Shown here in pieces: positions 42,117 to 52,346 of a DNA stretch of 64,000 nt (the stretch's first letter is position 1; each line of letters begins with the position of its first letter). Position numbers and translations under genes: made by a program. The DNA is from Porphyridium purpureum (Eukaryota): positions 62,001 to 126,000 of the forward strand of contig VRMN01000020.1 in NCBI GenBank assembly GCA_008690995.1. The letters are read 5' to 3'. Below the pieces are notes generated by a model. The model made no database searches and was not told the origin of the DNA. It saw only the letters and a list, made by a program, of their open reading frames with translations.

Positions 42117-44924
42117 TCATTGCACAGGACGACGCATACGGTGACGTGAGCCTTGCTTCGGTTCGCCTCTCACATCTGATGGCCTCGAGAGACGCGCCCT
42201 CATGCAGAAATCGTTGCATCGATGAGCTGCGAACCAGTCCATCATACCCTCCTCTCCTAGGTCCGTCAGCCCAAATTGGCCTTCTGTCTTGCTCAGAATC
42301 ACCGGATCAGTGAACAGGAAGTAAGTCGAAGCACCGTGCAGCTTCGGCCCACCCGGTTTACCCCTGTAGCCCTGCAAGTCACAAACGATATGCTCGCCTT
42401 TCGAGTGCACCCACGTCCAGTGGCTAAAGAAGTCTGGTACAGAGCCACTTTCGCTTGTCCACCCAGAATTACTGTTGAACTTTTCGTACTCTCCATGAAC
42501 CTTCATCTCCACAAACATGTCTTCACCAGCAGTGATGGCCAAGCCGCCATCAGGCACTCGCACGTCAATTGGACATTTCGCGATACTGCCCAGTCGGAAG
42601 TAGACCTTCAAACTCTCGCCATCCTTGGAAAGGTTGAAAGTCGCATTAAATGCATCAGAATAATCGCGACACAGCATTTGAAGCGTCCTCTCGTCCGCAT
42701 CGATACGTACGCCTTGGGCATACAGATCCCGCTTCATCACCTTCAACACGAGTTCCGACCCGCATTCAAATCTGAGCGGAGTGCCACGCTTCACGACACC
42801 ACCGAAAACCACGCGAGACGCACCTTCACCCAGCGGTTTCGTGTCCATCGTAATTGCTCCCGAATCAATGAGTAGATCCACGGTCAGAGCACTAATAAAC
42901 ATGTCGAGAGGAACGAACTGGACGACAACTGTTGTCCGCGCAGAGCGTGCGTCTGATCTAAGATCTCGCTTTGTCTCATAGTTCACCGCACCGACCTTGA
43001 GGGCTTCAAACATTGATGCCACGGAATCCAGATGTATCTCACGAAATCTTGCCAGCTCGGCCTGAACTCGCTGATCCGCATTGTCTGTGCCTACGTTATT
43101 CTCATTTCCCCAAGGTATAAAGGCAAGGTATACTTTTGCGGGAAAAAACAGTTCCTTCACGTTCTTCCCAGCTCCATGCGACGAAGTAGGCTTTCCAACA
43201 AAGTGTAGTCTTCTCGTGCTGCCTCTGGTATACCTTGCGAATATTCTGCACATGGACGCTTCGGCAACTTGGCGCAGAACAGCTGTAGACAGATCGAGAA
43301 GCGCCTTTTCCTTCGCCGACACATCGTTTCCAGACGCTAGGCCTTTGGCGAGCTCTTGACGCTCAATATCAAACTGCAGGCGGAACTTTGTGGTGATAAT
43401 ATTATTTGTCGACGCCCAAGACAACAATTCCTCGCGACGCGTGCGTGCGGCTTCGGTCTCGATCTCACAGTCTGGATCATACTCGGCGTCGAGGGCGAAC
43501 CAGCGCTTTGGCGGTGGAACTGAGATGCCGAAAGACTCTAACACCTTGGATTGGCTCTCCACCAGTCGTGTCAAGCTTTCGCCTTTAATCGCACGCTTCT
43601 TGGCAACTTTCGGGTTGAGAGTCCATTTCGTCAGCACAACACCCATCACCTCATGGGCATCGTCCCCGAACACTTCAACTGCAATCTCAAACAATTTCGC
43701 GTGCAACGGCGTCACGCGAGGGTTGGATGTGTCAACAACCAACAGCACAGCGCATGCTGATTGGTCCCCACTGAGAAATGTCTTGAACTCGTGCAACACT
43801 TCCACGTCTGTGCCGGACGAGTCCGAGAAGCCAGGCGTATCCACACAGTTCAATCGAGTTCCTTTGAAGTCGAGTGAAAGAGACAGGAGCTCTTTGGTGT
43901 CAGACTCAATGCCGTGGCTGATGTGGAAGGCGCTACTGTCATTGGCGGCCAAGGACGCGCCATCCACCAGAAAAGAAGCCAAACTTGATGTGCCCGCGCC
44001 TGTCGTACCCAGCAGGAAAATATTCCTTGGGTTTTTGCTCGCTGATGTCAACTGACGAACGAGGTTTGAGTCTGTGCTAGCTGCTACAGGTGCGTGTATA
44101 CCGTGATTCGCGTCTTCAGCTTGATTCACTAGCGGCACGTCTGGATACAATGGATAAAGTGGCGCAGGAAGGAGGGCCGTATCGAATGGCGCCACGGCTG
44201 GCTTCGATGGCGCCGGGTCTGCATGCAATGGCGCGTCGTCTGCATACAATGACGCCTGGCCTGCATGCGATGGCGCGTCGTCTGCATGCAATGGCGCCTC
44301 GTCTGCATACAATGGCGCCGGGTCTGGATTCCATGACTTCGCGTCATGCCAGGTCTCATCCGTAGAAGCATTCTCATAGGGAACCTCAACGGACGCACGT
44401 GTCGTCTCAAGATCTCCAACAGGGGCCCTTGCGGTTTGCGGTTCACAATGACCTGGATACCCATTGTTCGCACCAGATGTACCAGCCAAGGAGAAAGCAT
44501 CCGCGGCATGGATCCCCGAGCTTGGAAAGCTTGTGACGGATTCTCTCGCACCAGAAACACGCGGACCATGCGGACCTGAAATTCTACGATATCGAGGATC
44601 TGTGTCGTAGTCCCTGCCTAAAGCCATGTTTCGGTACAAGATCTGATGGCTGACCGGGTCCTTCACCACAATCCACTTTTCACCGTTGAGGATGAAAATA
44701 TGGCCTTCCGGCGGGTCCAATGACTTCTGATTGTGGGGACCTCCATTATAGACGGACTGCTTTCGGTCTTCGTCCCACTCCTCTCGATACGTAGGGTGGG
44801 TGGATGCATTGGAAATTGCAGACGGACACGAATCAGAATCGTACGCTTTGTTTGTGCGCACGTTTCGTGAAACCTGCTCGCGCGGGCGATCGCCAAGAGG
44901 CAGGTCGTGAATTTGCTGAGACAT
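42117..44924 (-). CDS. AIG1/GIMAP-like (TRAFAC) GTPase-domain + alpha-kinase (eEF2K/MHCK family) fusion protein
   Basis: GTPase: NIFLLGTTGAGTSS, SDTKE, VDTPGFSDS, VVLTKW. Alpha-kinase: PLGEGASR, VLKVMK, VEMKVHGEYEKFNSNSGW, FFSHWTWVHSKGEHIVCDLQG, FTDPVI, GLTDLGEEGM..WFAAHRCNDFC. Confidence 0.9.
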   Translation of the reverse strand: MSQQIHDLPLGDRPREQVSRNVRTNKAYDSDSCPSAISNASTHPTYREEWDEDRKQSVYNGGPHNQKSLDPPEGHIFILNGEKWIVVKDPVSHQILYRNMALGRDYDTDPRYRRISGPHGPRVSGARESVTSFPSSGIHAADAFSLAGTSGANNGYPGHCEPQTARAPVGDLETTRASVEVPYENASTDETWHDAKSWNPDPAPLYADEAPLHADDAPSHAGQASLYADDAPLHADPAPSKPAVAPFDTALLPAPLYPLYPDVPLVNQAEDANHGIHAPVAASTDSNLVRQLTSASKNPRNIFLLGTTGAGTSSLASFLVDGASLAANDSSAFHISHGIESDTKELLSLSLDFKGTRLNCVDTPGFSDSSGTDVEVLHEFKTFLSGDQSACAVLLVVDTSNPRVTPLHAKLFEIAVEVFGDDAHEVMGVVLTKWTLNPKVAKKRAIKGESLTRLVESQSKVLESFGISVPPPKRWFALDAEYDPDCEIETEAARTRREELLSWASTNNIITTKFRLQFDIERQELAKGLASGNDVSAKEKALLDLSTAVLRQVAEASMCRIFARYTRGSTRRLHFVGKPTSSHGAGKNVKELFFPAKVYLAFIPWGNENNVGTDNADQRVQAELARFREIHLDSVASMFEALKVGAVNYETKRDLRSDARSARTTVVVQFVPLDMFISALTVDLLIDSGAITMDTKPLGEGASRVVFGGVVKRGTPLRFECGSELVLKVMKRDLYAQGVRIDADERTLQMLCRDYSDAFNATFNLSKDGESLKVYFRLGSIAKCPIDVRVPDGGLAITAGEDMFVEMKVHGEYEKFNSNSGWTSESGSVPDFFSHWTWVHSKGEHIVCDLQGYRGKPGGPKLHGASTYFLFTDPVILSKTEGQFGLTDLGEEGMMDWFAAHRCNDFCMRARLSRPSDVRGEPKQGSRHRMRRPVQ
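44184..44326 (-). repeat. 21-nt coding tandem repeat (APL[Y/H]AD[D/E] heptapeptides)
   Basis: About 7 copies of a tctgcatgcaatggcgcgtcg-like unit. Confidence 0.85.
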
Positions 44925-45606
44925 TGTTTCGCCTATCTCTTTCTGATTTGGGTACCGACAAGCTTCCGGATAAAATTAGACACGTAGACCACGCAGCGAA
45001 TGAGCGCCTACCTAGGCGTGCGAACCTGTCCGCTGCCACCCAACTTGATTCACGCACTCTTCACCGCTCCGCGAAGCTTGGCGAAGATATCTGACAGACG
45101 GAGCGCTAGGAAGGAGCGCTCGACATCCTCTAGTTATACTTGTTAGTCTGTATGCTTGGGATAGAAAGAGTCCGCCGTGCTGCGACAACTAGCTGCTAAC
45201 CGTGAAATCATATGAAAGCAGGCGGTTAGAAGCGAGTAGATCGCGGATTGATGGCGCAGCCCGTTGTACTACCAAAATATCGCGTCTCCGTGATGTGGAT
45301 GCGCCCCAAATTAATTTGCGATATGCCCTCGCATTTTGCGTGTCAAAGGCGTGAGCTGTCCGGGCCTACGTGCGCCCTTTCTGCGGCGCTCCACACTACG
45401 CCTTCATTCCCACTTTTCCATGTGTTCACGCGAGTTGCCTTGCGAATCGCGTCCGTTGGCGTCATCCTTGTCGCGGCGTGGATTTCCGCCGTTATGGAAT
45501 AATATTCCACACACCACGCTCATGATCATAACGACCTACAGTTGGAGCGTGACCCACTGATAATCGTGTCCGTTTTTCAGTACTCACGGCTTCTGCCCTT
45601 TTCGCC

Positions 45607-45816
45607 TATAAAAAAGCGCCGGTGCTTTGTGGCTTTTTCTTTTTTCTTTTTTCTTTCTCAGCGTAGAATTTAGCACCGATGTGTCTCAAATTCACACGAC
45701 GCGCGAGGAAAGAGACTCCGCACAGCAGCACTGTATGCACGTGTCTGATAAGCGTTTCATTCTGGCGAGGATGGAACAGAAACGTGCGTTCCGCATAGGT
45801 CGCTGTGGGGTATAAA
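45607..45816 (+). promoter_or_regulatory. Candidate TATA boxes upstream of the GTPase gene
   Basis: TATAAAA at 45607-45613 and TATAAA at 45811-45816 in the divergent intergenic region. Confidence 0.35.
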
Positions 45817-46031
45817 GAGGCGGGCAGTCTTGTCAGGCTGCTTTCACGAACACCACATCCGCGCGGGCGAGCGGGCGTGCAGCTGGGAATTATCGCGTAG
45901 ACATTGATTTGCGCGAGCGAACACGGTCTTTGACGAGCGTTGGGTCTCGGTTACTTGCGGAACGTAGTACGAGGCTTCCCTGCCCACAGTAGCGGAAGAC
46001 TTGAGGAGCCCCGTTCGAAGACTGTGGTAGC

Positions 46032-47270
46032 ATGATGGGTACGCTGCCACTCCAAATCATTTTGATTGGAGTGACCGGCGTAGGGAAAAGCACTCTTGCG
46101 AACACGATTGCGACTGGATTATCAAATGTTGATCCGGACGAGAGAGATAGACTGACCCAGATTTTCGCTGTCTGCAATGGCGCAGAGTCGTGTACGACCG
46201 CGACAAAGCGTGAAATAGTCAAACATAAAAGCCGAGAGCTCTCCATTGTCGATACGCCCGGGTTCATGGACACCTCGGGAAGCGACACAGGAATCATGCA
46301 GGCTTTTCGTGCATTTCTGAACAACAACCAGAACGCCAGTGGTGTGTTGCTGGTACTCAACGCAACAGATTGTCGAATTACTGAGGTCCATCAAGCGATG
46401 TTTAGGACAGTTGGTGAAGTGTTTGGCAAGGAAGTTGGTCGGATTTTCGGAGTAGCCTTTACGCACATGTCGCAAAACGCAAAGGAAAAAAGGAAGCGTG
46501 AAGTCAAGGGCCAATCTGAGAAGTCGATGATTGCATCTTGGACATCTGCGCTGAAGAGCAGAGATATACTTTGCCCCGCAAATGACAAGTGGTTCTTTTT
46601 GGATGCAGAGTTTGCACATGATGATAAAGACGAGGTGGTCTTTGCCCAAAAGGAACGCCAAAGACTGCTGGACTGGGCCCTTTCGAATCCTGTGGTGAAG
46701 ACTGAGATGCGTCTCGAACTTGAGCAGAAACAGCAGGAATACCTTCACCTCGCTAGGCAGACCGGTGATATTAAGGATGCGATGCTCAAGCTCTCGAAAG
46801 ACATCTTTGCACGACTGAAAGAACTCGTTGGTGTCGACAGGAGGTGGAGGCGACCACAAGGGAAAGAATATTTTGAGTTTCAGCCCAACAAGGGTGGAAA
46901 TGCGATTATTGGGATACTAACCCTCGGCATGGAAGTCCAAGTTGACCGTTTCCGACTTTATTTCGAGGCGACTGACGGTGATGGGGACAATGCTGACGAC
47001 GACTTGGTGGATCACTTTTTGACCATGACCACTGAACTTACGCTGCGCCAGATTGAGGCTATTATGAACAGGAAAAAAGTGGGGCTGCGCGACTTTCGCA
47101 CATCAAGTTTGGTCAAGTATGGCGCCGTGCACAGGAATAATATCCTCAACATTACGCTTGTTTTGTGCGGAACGGGAGGTTTTGAAGCACTCGCCAAAGC
47201 TGCGGCTACTGCGGCAGACAGCATCCGAGCCACGAAGATGGGGAAGCCGAAAGAGGCATCGTGGAAGTGA
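46032..47270 (+). CDS. AIG1/GIMAP-like GTPase with intact P-loop and C-terminal extension
   Basis: IILIGVTGVGKST (G1), ESCT (G2), IVDTPGFMDT (G3) and AFTH (G4); collinear similarity to the GTPase domain of 42117-44924. Confidence 0.88.
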   Translation: MMGTLPLQIILIGVTGVGKSTLANTIATGLSNVDPDERDRLTQIFAVCNGAESCTTATKREIVKHKSRELSIVDTPGFMDTSGSDTGIMQAFRAFLNNNQNASGVLLVLNATDCRITEVHQAMFRTVGEVFGKEVGRIFGVAFTHMSQNAKEKRKREVKGQSEKSMIASWTSALKSRDILCPANDKWFFLDAEFAHDDKDEVVFAQKERQRLLDWALSNPVVKTEMRLELEQKQQEYLHLARQTGDIKDAMLKLSKDIFARLKELVGVDRRWRRPQGKEYFEFQPNKGGNAIIGILTLGMEVQVDRFRLYFEATDGDGDNADDDLVDHFLTMTTELTLRQIEAIMNRKKVGLRDFRTSSLVKYGAVHRNNILNITLVLCGTGGFEALAKAAATAADSIRATKMGKPKEASWK

Positions 47271-50198
47271 AGGAAGCTCAGAGTGTGAAGCAGGTTTTAA
47301 ATATTGAATGTAGAGTATCGTGGCTGTCTCCACAGATGTCTGCGCTTTGCTTATCTCACGCATTTCGCGTGAGCTTTTCAGTCTCTCCTGTGACGAGTAT
47401 ATTAGATAACGTGCGACCCTGAGCACACGAAATCGACGAGAAAAAGTCCAAGAATGAGAGACCAGGTTGCTTTTTTTTTGGTATTGAGCACTTCAACCTT
47501 GCAAGCTCTGACAAGCCCCCTGACTTTGTGCCAATGGTGTAAAAATACTCTGCTGCTTCCGCGCTTCTCCACATCTTGCGCCACGCGCGTGGGTCCAAGC
47601 CCGTTCCATTCAACAGGCCTCTGGACGCCGCGTGACGTCTTCCACACCGCCTCGAATCGTTTGCCATGCCCGCAGACGACATCCACAGCGGCTGCAGTCA
47701 CGCACTTTCCGCCTTCGTGCCGCGAGCGCCGCAGCGCTGCGCCCCCAAAGCGTCCACTGTACTTACGCTGGCCGAAGTGTACCGCTTTAACCGTTTAGAT
47801 CCGGTTGGAGCCGATAAGCGATAGCGGTTAATTTCGCGAAGAAAGTTTTGCCGGGGCAGGGGGGAGCGGCACGCGCGCAGCATGCGCACGGCATGCGCAC
47901 GGCATGCGCACGATTTCGAGCGTGTGCGACGCGCGGTGCGGCACGTCGGGTGCGCAGCCGCACGGAAGCGTTTACCGCGCTCGTCCTTGTAACAAAGAAT
48001 ATTGCTCAACAAACGCGCAGCCAGGAGTCTGCGTTCGACCGTCTGGCAATTGCGGCTGAGAACGCGTGTGGTCATGACACAATGGTCACACAAGGGCAAG
48101 AGGCGGCGGTGATGATTCGCCGTTTAGGATTGCTGGTGCCGTGCATCGCCTGTCGCATGGTGCCCAGTCTTTGTTTCTGAAGTCGTCGAGCTGGGGGCTG
48201 GGCTCGGCTGCGCTCGAGAATGATGAGCAAGTGACGAGCCGGCAGCGAGCGCAGGCTGTGCGTGCGCACACCAAGGTACGTTCGACCAAGCTAGAGCTCC
48301 ATCGCACTGAGCAGAAACTGACTCGGCAGCGCTAAGGAAATTTATTGCAGATGAAGTCTGGCTGGCCACGGCGCAGGCCCTGAAGGATGGTGCTATGAGA
48401 TGGGACCGCACAAGTCGTCGTGTGAGGGGCCGAGGAGAAAACAGGAGCTGTGGTGATGGATGAAGAAGGAGCGGGCGCTGAGATGTGTGCCTCTGCTGCG
48501 GAAAGGCTTTGGTGCGACAGGTGATGGTAGCGAGCAGACGGTGGCTGAGTTTGGTTGCGAAGCAGTAGAGCCACATCCGCGAATTGCTACACCAACGCGT
48601 GACGACGGTAAGCCGCCGCTACCAGGGCAACTGGCAAAGGCGCTGTGGAGTACAACTCTGATGCTTCCGTGTTACGCCGCAGTGCGCGCAGTCGTGTGTC
48701 GAATATCGGTCAAACAACGTACCTGGCTTTTCTGGAGCACTCCGAACAAGGGCGGATCCAAGGAAGCGAGCGATCCGGACATGCTCTAGGGTACGAAGGT
48801 GGTGCAGAGTTGCGGCGCCAGGATGCTTGCATGCCTTCGCTCTGACTGCGTACCGGTGCGCCTTGTTGAGGCGGCCCGCGTGCTCGTCATTGCACCAACA
48901 CTGCCCGGAGACTCGGCATAAAATGTAAATGGGGCTCCTAATGCGGAGAAAGGGGCGCCATGGGTTCTTAATTGAAGAGAGGCGCTGCTTTGAGGAAGGA
49001 TGAGCGGATATTGCCTTTCCAGCAGAACGCCCGATCAGAATGTGGTATCTTTTCGCCAGCAAGTAGAGGGAACAAGGCGTCGGCGACCACAGATGCTCTA
49101 GGTATCGAGATGGTTTAGCAAGAGGTGCTGCTGGGACGTCTTTGTGGGCTACGCGCTGGTATACGCCAATGCGCACCGCGAAACGATCTCCTCCATGCAT
49201 GCTGTCTCTTTTTTCAATATCACATGTAATTTTTTTTCTCTTCCGCCGGGCCAAGCAGCATCGATTCGACACACGAGAGCAATATTGGCCAGTAAAGAAG
49301 TACATCATGTCATAGCACACATTCTCTTCCTTTTTCAGCATATGGTGCTCGTTGGGCTTGCGAGCAGCCTTCCCTGCCGACACTTTGTGTCTCCGCAGCC
49401 GCTCGGCCACGTGCTCTTCAGAACTTATTTTGCACAAAACTGTGGAAGCGTGACCTTGTCCGATAAATCTTCTGCTTTCTTGGCAGACCACATTCCGTGT
49501 GCAGCACACGAGGTTGACGCACCCTTTGCCGTCTAAGTTGCAGTCACGCGCCAGTTTGCTTCGATTTGAACCGGTGACGTCGACATCCGCACCGCGCAAA
49601 AGTGCGCAACACCGGTGTAAATTGCGTCTCCTCCGACCAGTTTACACCTGCAAGCTGCCTTACGTGTTGAACGTCGCTTCTTGTTTCACCGGCACGGTGG
49701 CTTGGACGCTAATCTTGCCATTCACTCTGTGCCGAGATACGTCGCCGCACGAGTTTTGTAAAAGCTGAATACATATTCAACATGTGCTAGGAAGGCGCCA
49801 TCCATTCCGGCGCTTCACGATGGAGCAAAGGCTCGACATGCGCCGAGTCCTCTTCCGTTTAGACCTTCCACCACGTCGTGTCCTCGTCTGACCCGATTGT
49901 AAATCTCGCAAAATGGATGATGCGTGTCAGGAGAACAGCAGCAAAGGGCACCGTCCGCTGTCCGACTTGGCCACACGCGTCTCGCGCGAGCGGCGGCGAG
50001 CGCAGCAGATGCACACCGGCAGTTCCAGTGGATTCTTCAACGCGAGTATCGTGAGATGGGCCTACTCCACTGCGGAATTGAGGCGAGCGTCCTTCCTGAT
50101 TGCGGACAGCAGCGGAGGTGCGGGCACCGGCAGACGCGCGTGGGCGTGTGAGCGTGTGTGGAAAGGTGTGCATTGGCGTGTCTCGTGTTGGGCTTGGT

Positions 50199-51758
50199 AT
50201 GAATGAGCATGGAGCAAGGCCTGTGGCAGCCCTGCCACTGGACGAGTCCGGCGATGACGGCGCTTTGATCGCGGACACGCTGGCTGCGGCCGGGATTGGA
50301 GGCGAGGCGAGTCAGAGTAGCGCTGGCAAGCATGAGGATGAGACCGCGTGCGGTTCGACGTCGAACTCGGTGTCCACGGCGTCCAAGACGGGCTCTCATG
50401 CTCGACTTAAGCTTCATGGCGGAAGTGAGCTGCGGGACCAGAGCCAGAATGGTGCGTCCGGGCAGGACGATTCTAGCGGACACAGCCACCAGAGTCGGAA
50501 GTACCTTGTGCATTACCCATCAACAGCAGAGCGCGATGAGTCTGTGCATATCATGAGCAAGGAGAAGTCCAAGTTTTTGGCGCTTCAGCTCAAGCTAGAC
50601 TCGCCGCCGTCGCACGTGCTGCTTGTGCGCTCCCCGCATACGGGGGAGGTGACGCTCGACGCGATTGCGACGCTGGCGCGCGAGCTGATCGCCAAGTACT
50701 CGGTGTGTGTGGTGACATCGGCGGACGACGCACGAGCGCTTGAGACCCAGTACAATGTCGTTGTGGCAAACTATGCGTCTGAGCGCGTGCGTGCAGGCCG
50801 CTTTTACTGTGCGGCGAGTCTGCGGGTGCCAAAGAGCGCCATGGTGCCAGGTGGAGACGACGATGGATGCGGCTGGCTCACGCGAGTGCCAAGTGTTGAA
50901 AATCGGGTCTACTCCAAGCATGCCAGAAGAGAGTTTTCTCTTGCGGATCTCGAAGAAAAAATCGGGCTCGTCGTGGGCCTTGGTGGTGACGGATTGCTCC
51001 TGTACGTATGCAGCGAACTATTTTATACCAAGGTGCCACCGATTCTGGGATTCAACTTTGGCTCGTTGGGCTTCTTGACGCCCTTTTCGATCGACCAGTC
51101 TTCATCCGTTTCCAAGCAAGTATTTGAAGAGATGATGGTACCGTACACGAAGCGCATGCGGCTGCAATGCACGCTGTATCGTCTGCAACAAGTGGATGTC
51201 GCAAATACCAACTCTGCGACGAGCGGTGATATTGAAGAGCGCTTGCAGCAGGACGAAGAGACGCACTTCCTTGAAAACGAATTCCACGTCACGAACGAGG
51301 TGGTCATTGACCGCGGCCCCGCAGCGTATCTGACCAATCTCGAATGCTTTTGCGACGGTATTTTTGTGACGCGTGTGCAGGCAGACGGTCTCATTATTGC
51401 CACTCCAACGGGTTCAACGGCGTACTCTTTGTCCGCGGGTGGCTCCATGGTTCACCCGTCCGTGCCATGCATCCTGTTTACTCCCATCTGCCCCCACTCG
51501 CTAAGTTTCCGTCCTGTCCTGTTTCCAGATGGCGTGGAGCTGAAGCTGTGCGTGCCGCACCACGCACGCAACTCGGCGTGGATCAGCTTTGATGGTCGCA
51601 ACCGTGTCGAAATGAAACGTGGGGATTTCATTCTCGTCAGGAAAAGTCTATACCCGCTCCGCACGCTCAATCACGAGAATCCGATCAGCGATTGGTTTTC
51701 TGCAATCCAGCGCTGCCTGCGTTGGAACGAACGTGAGTCTCAAAGAACGTTTCCGTAA
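50199..51758 (+). CDS. NADK: NAD(+) kinase
   Basis: GLGGDG, FNFGSLGFLT, NEVVIDRG, ADGLIIATPTGSTAYSLSAGGSMVHP, TPICPHSLSFRP, SFDGR and L.WNER motifs; first ATG at 50199. Confidence 0.95.
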   Translation: MNEHGARPVAALPLDESGDDGALIADTLAAAGIGGEASQSSAGKHEDETACGSTSNSVSTASKTGSHARLKLHGGSELRDQSQNGASGQDDSSGHSHQSRKYLVHYPSTAERDESVHIMSKEKSKFLALQLKLDSPPSHVLLVRSPHTGEVTLDAIATLARELIAKYSVCVVTSADDARALETQYNVVVANYASERVRAGRFYCAASLRVPKSAMVPGGDDDGCGWLTRVPSVENRVYSKHARREFSLADLEEKIGLVVGLGGDGLLLYVCSELFYTKVPPILGFNFGSLGFLTPFSIDQSSSVSKQVFEEMMVPYTKRMRLQCTLYRLQQVDVANTNSATSGDIEERLQQDEETHFLENEFHVTNEVVIDRGPAAYLTNLECFCDGIFVTRVQADGLIIATPTGSTAYSLSAGGSMVHPSVPCILFTPICPHSLSFRPVLFPDGVELKLCVPHHARNSAWISFDGRNRVEMKRGDFILVRKSLYPLRTLNHENPISDWFSAIQRCLRWNERESQRTFP

Positions 51759-52346
51759 TGTGGTTTGGATTGGGGCGTAAACCACCGTGCTTGCTGCCTT
51801 TCTCCTGCAACGCCGGGCGAAGAGAGTAGCAGCCACTTGGCAATACTCCTGGCGGTGGAGTGAAGAGGAAACGGAATGAGCGCGCCGTAGCATGGATCAG
51901 TCAGCGAAAGACCTACAGCTTGCGCCGCCGCGACCTACAGTCCACATCGACGGAGATCTAGTGGGATTGATAGCGGTTCCGCAGTCGACTTGCGTGAAGC
52001 TGCTGTCGTATCGTGCGGACTTGTCTTGTCAAGCCACGAATGAGGGGAATAAATGTGCGTATGGGTACGAGAAGCTTGGCGTTCAAGACTCACCGCAGTC
52101 TCTTGTGAATACTGGCGCTTTGCCACGGAACGGGACGGATGAATGAGGAAAACAAGCACGTTTCTGTTCTGCTCGAATGATCGTGCCTGATAACCGAAGG
52201 ACCGCGTCCGCACATCCGTGGAAAGGCAGATTGGGAGAGTTTGGCCTGGTCGGCGCGTAGCATTCGACGTTTGGGCCACATACACAGAGGCACAGGCACA
52301 GGCCAAAGTCTTGCATTCATCTTCATCTTGCAAGGCCCGAACGCTG

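Noticed and set aside
48619..49599. 326-aa minus-strand ORF
   Set aside because: There is no recognisable motif and the composition looks like translated non-coding DNA; it cannot be supported.
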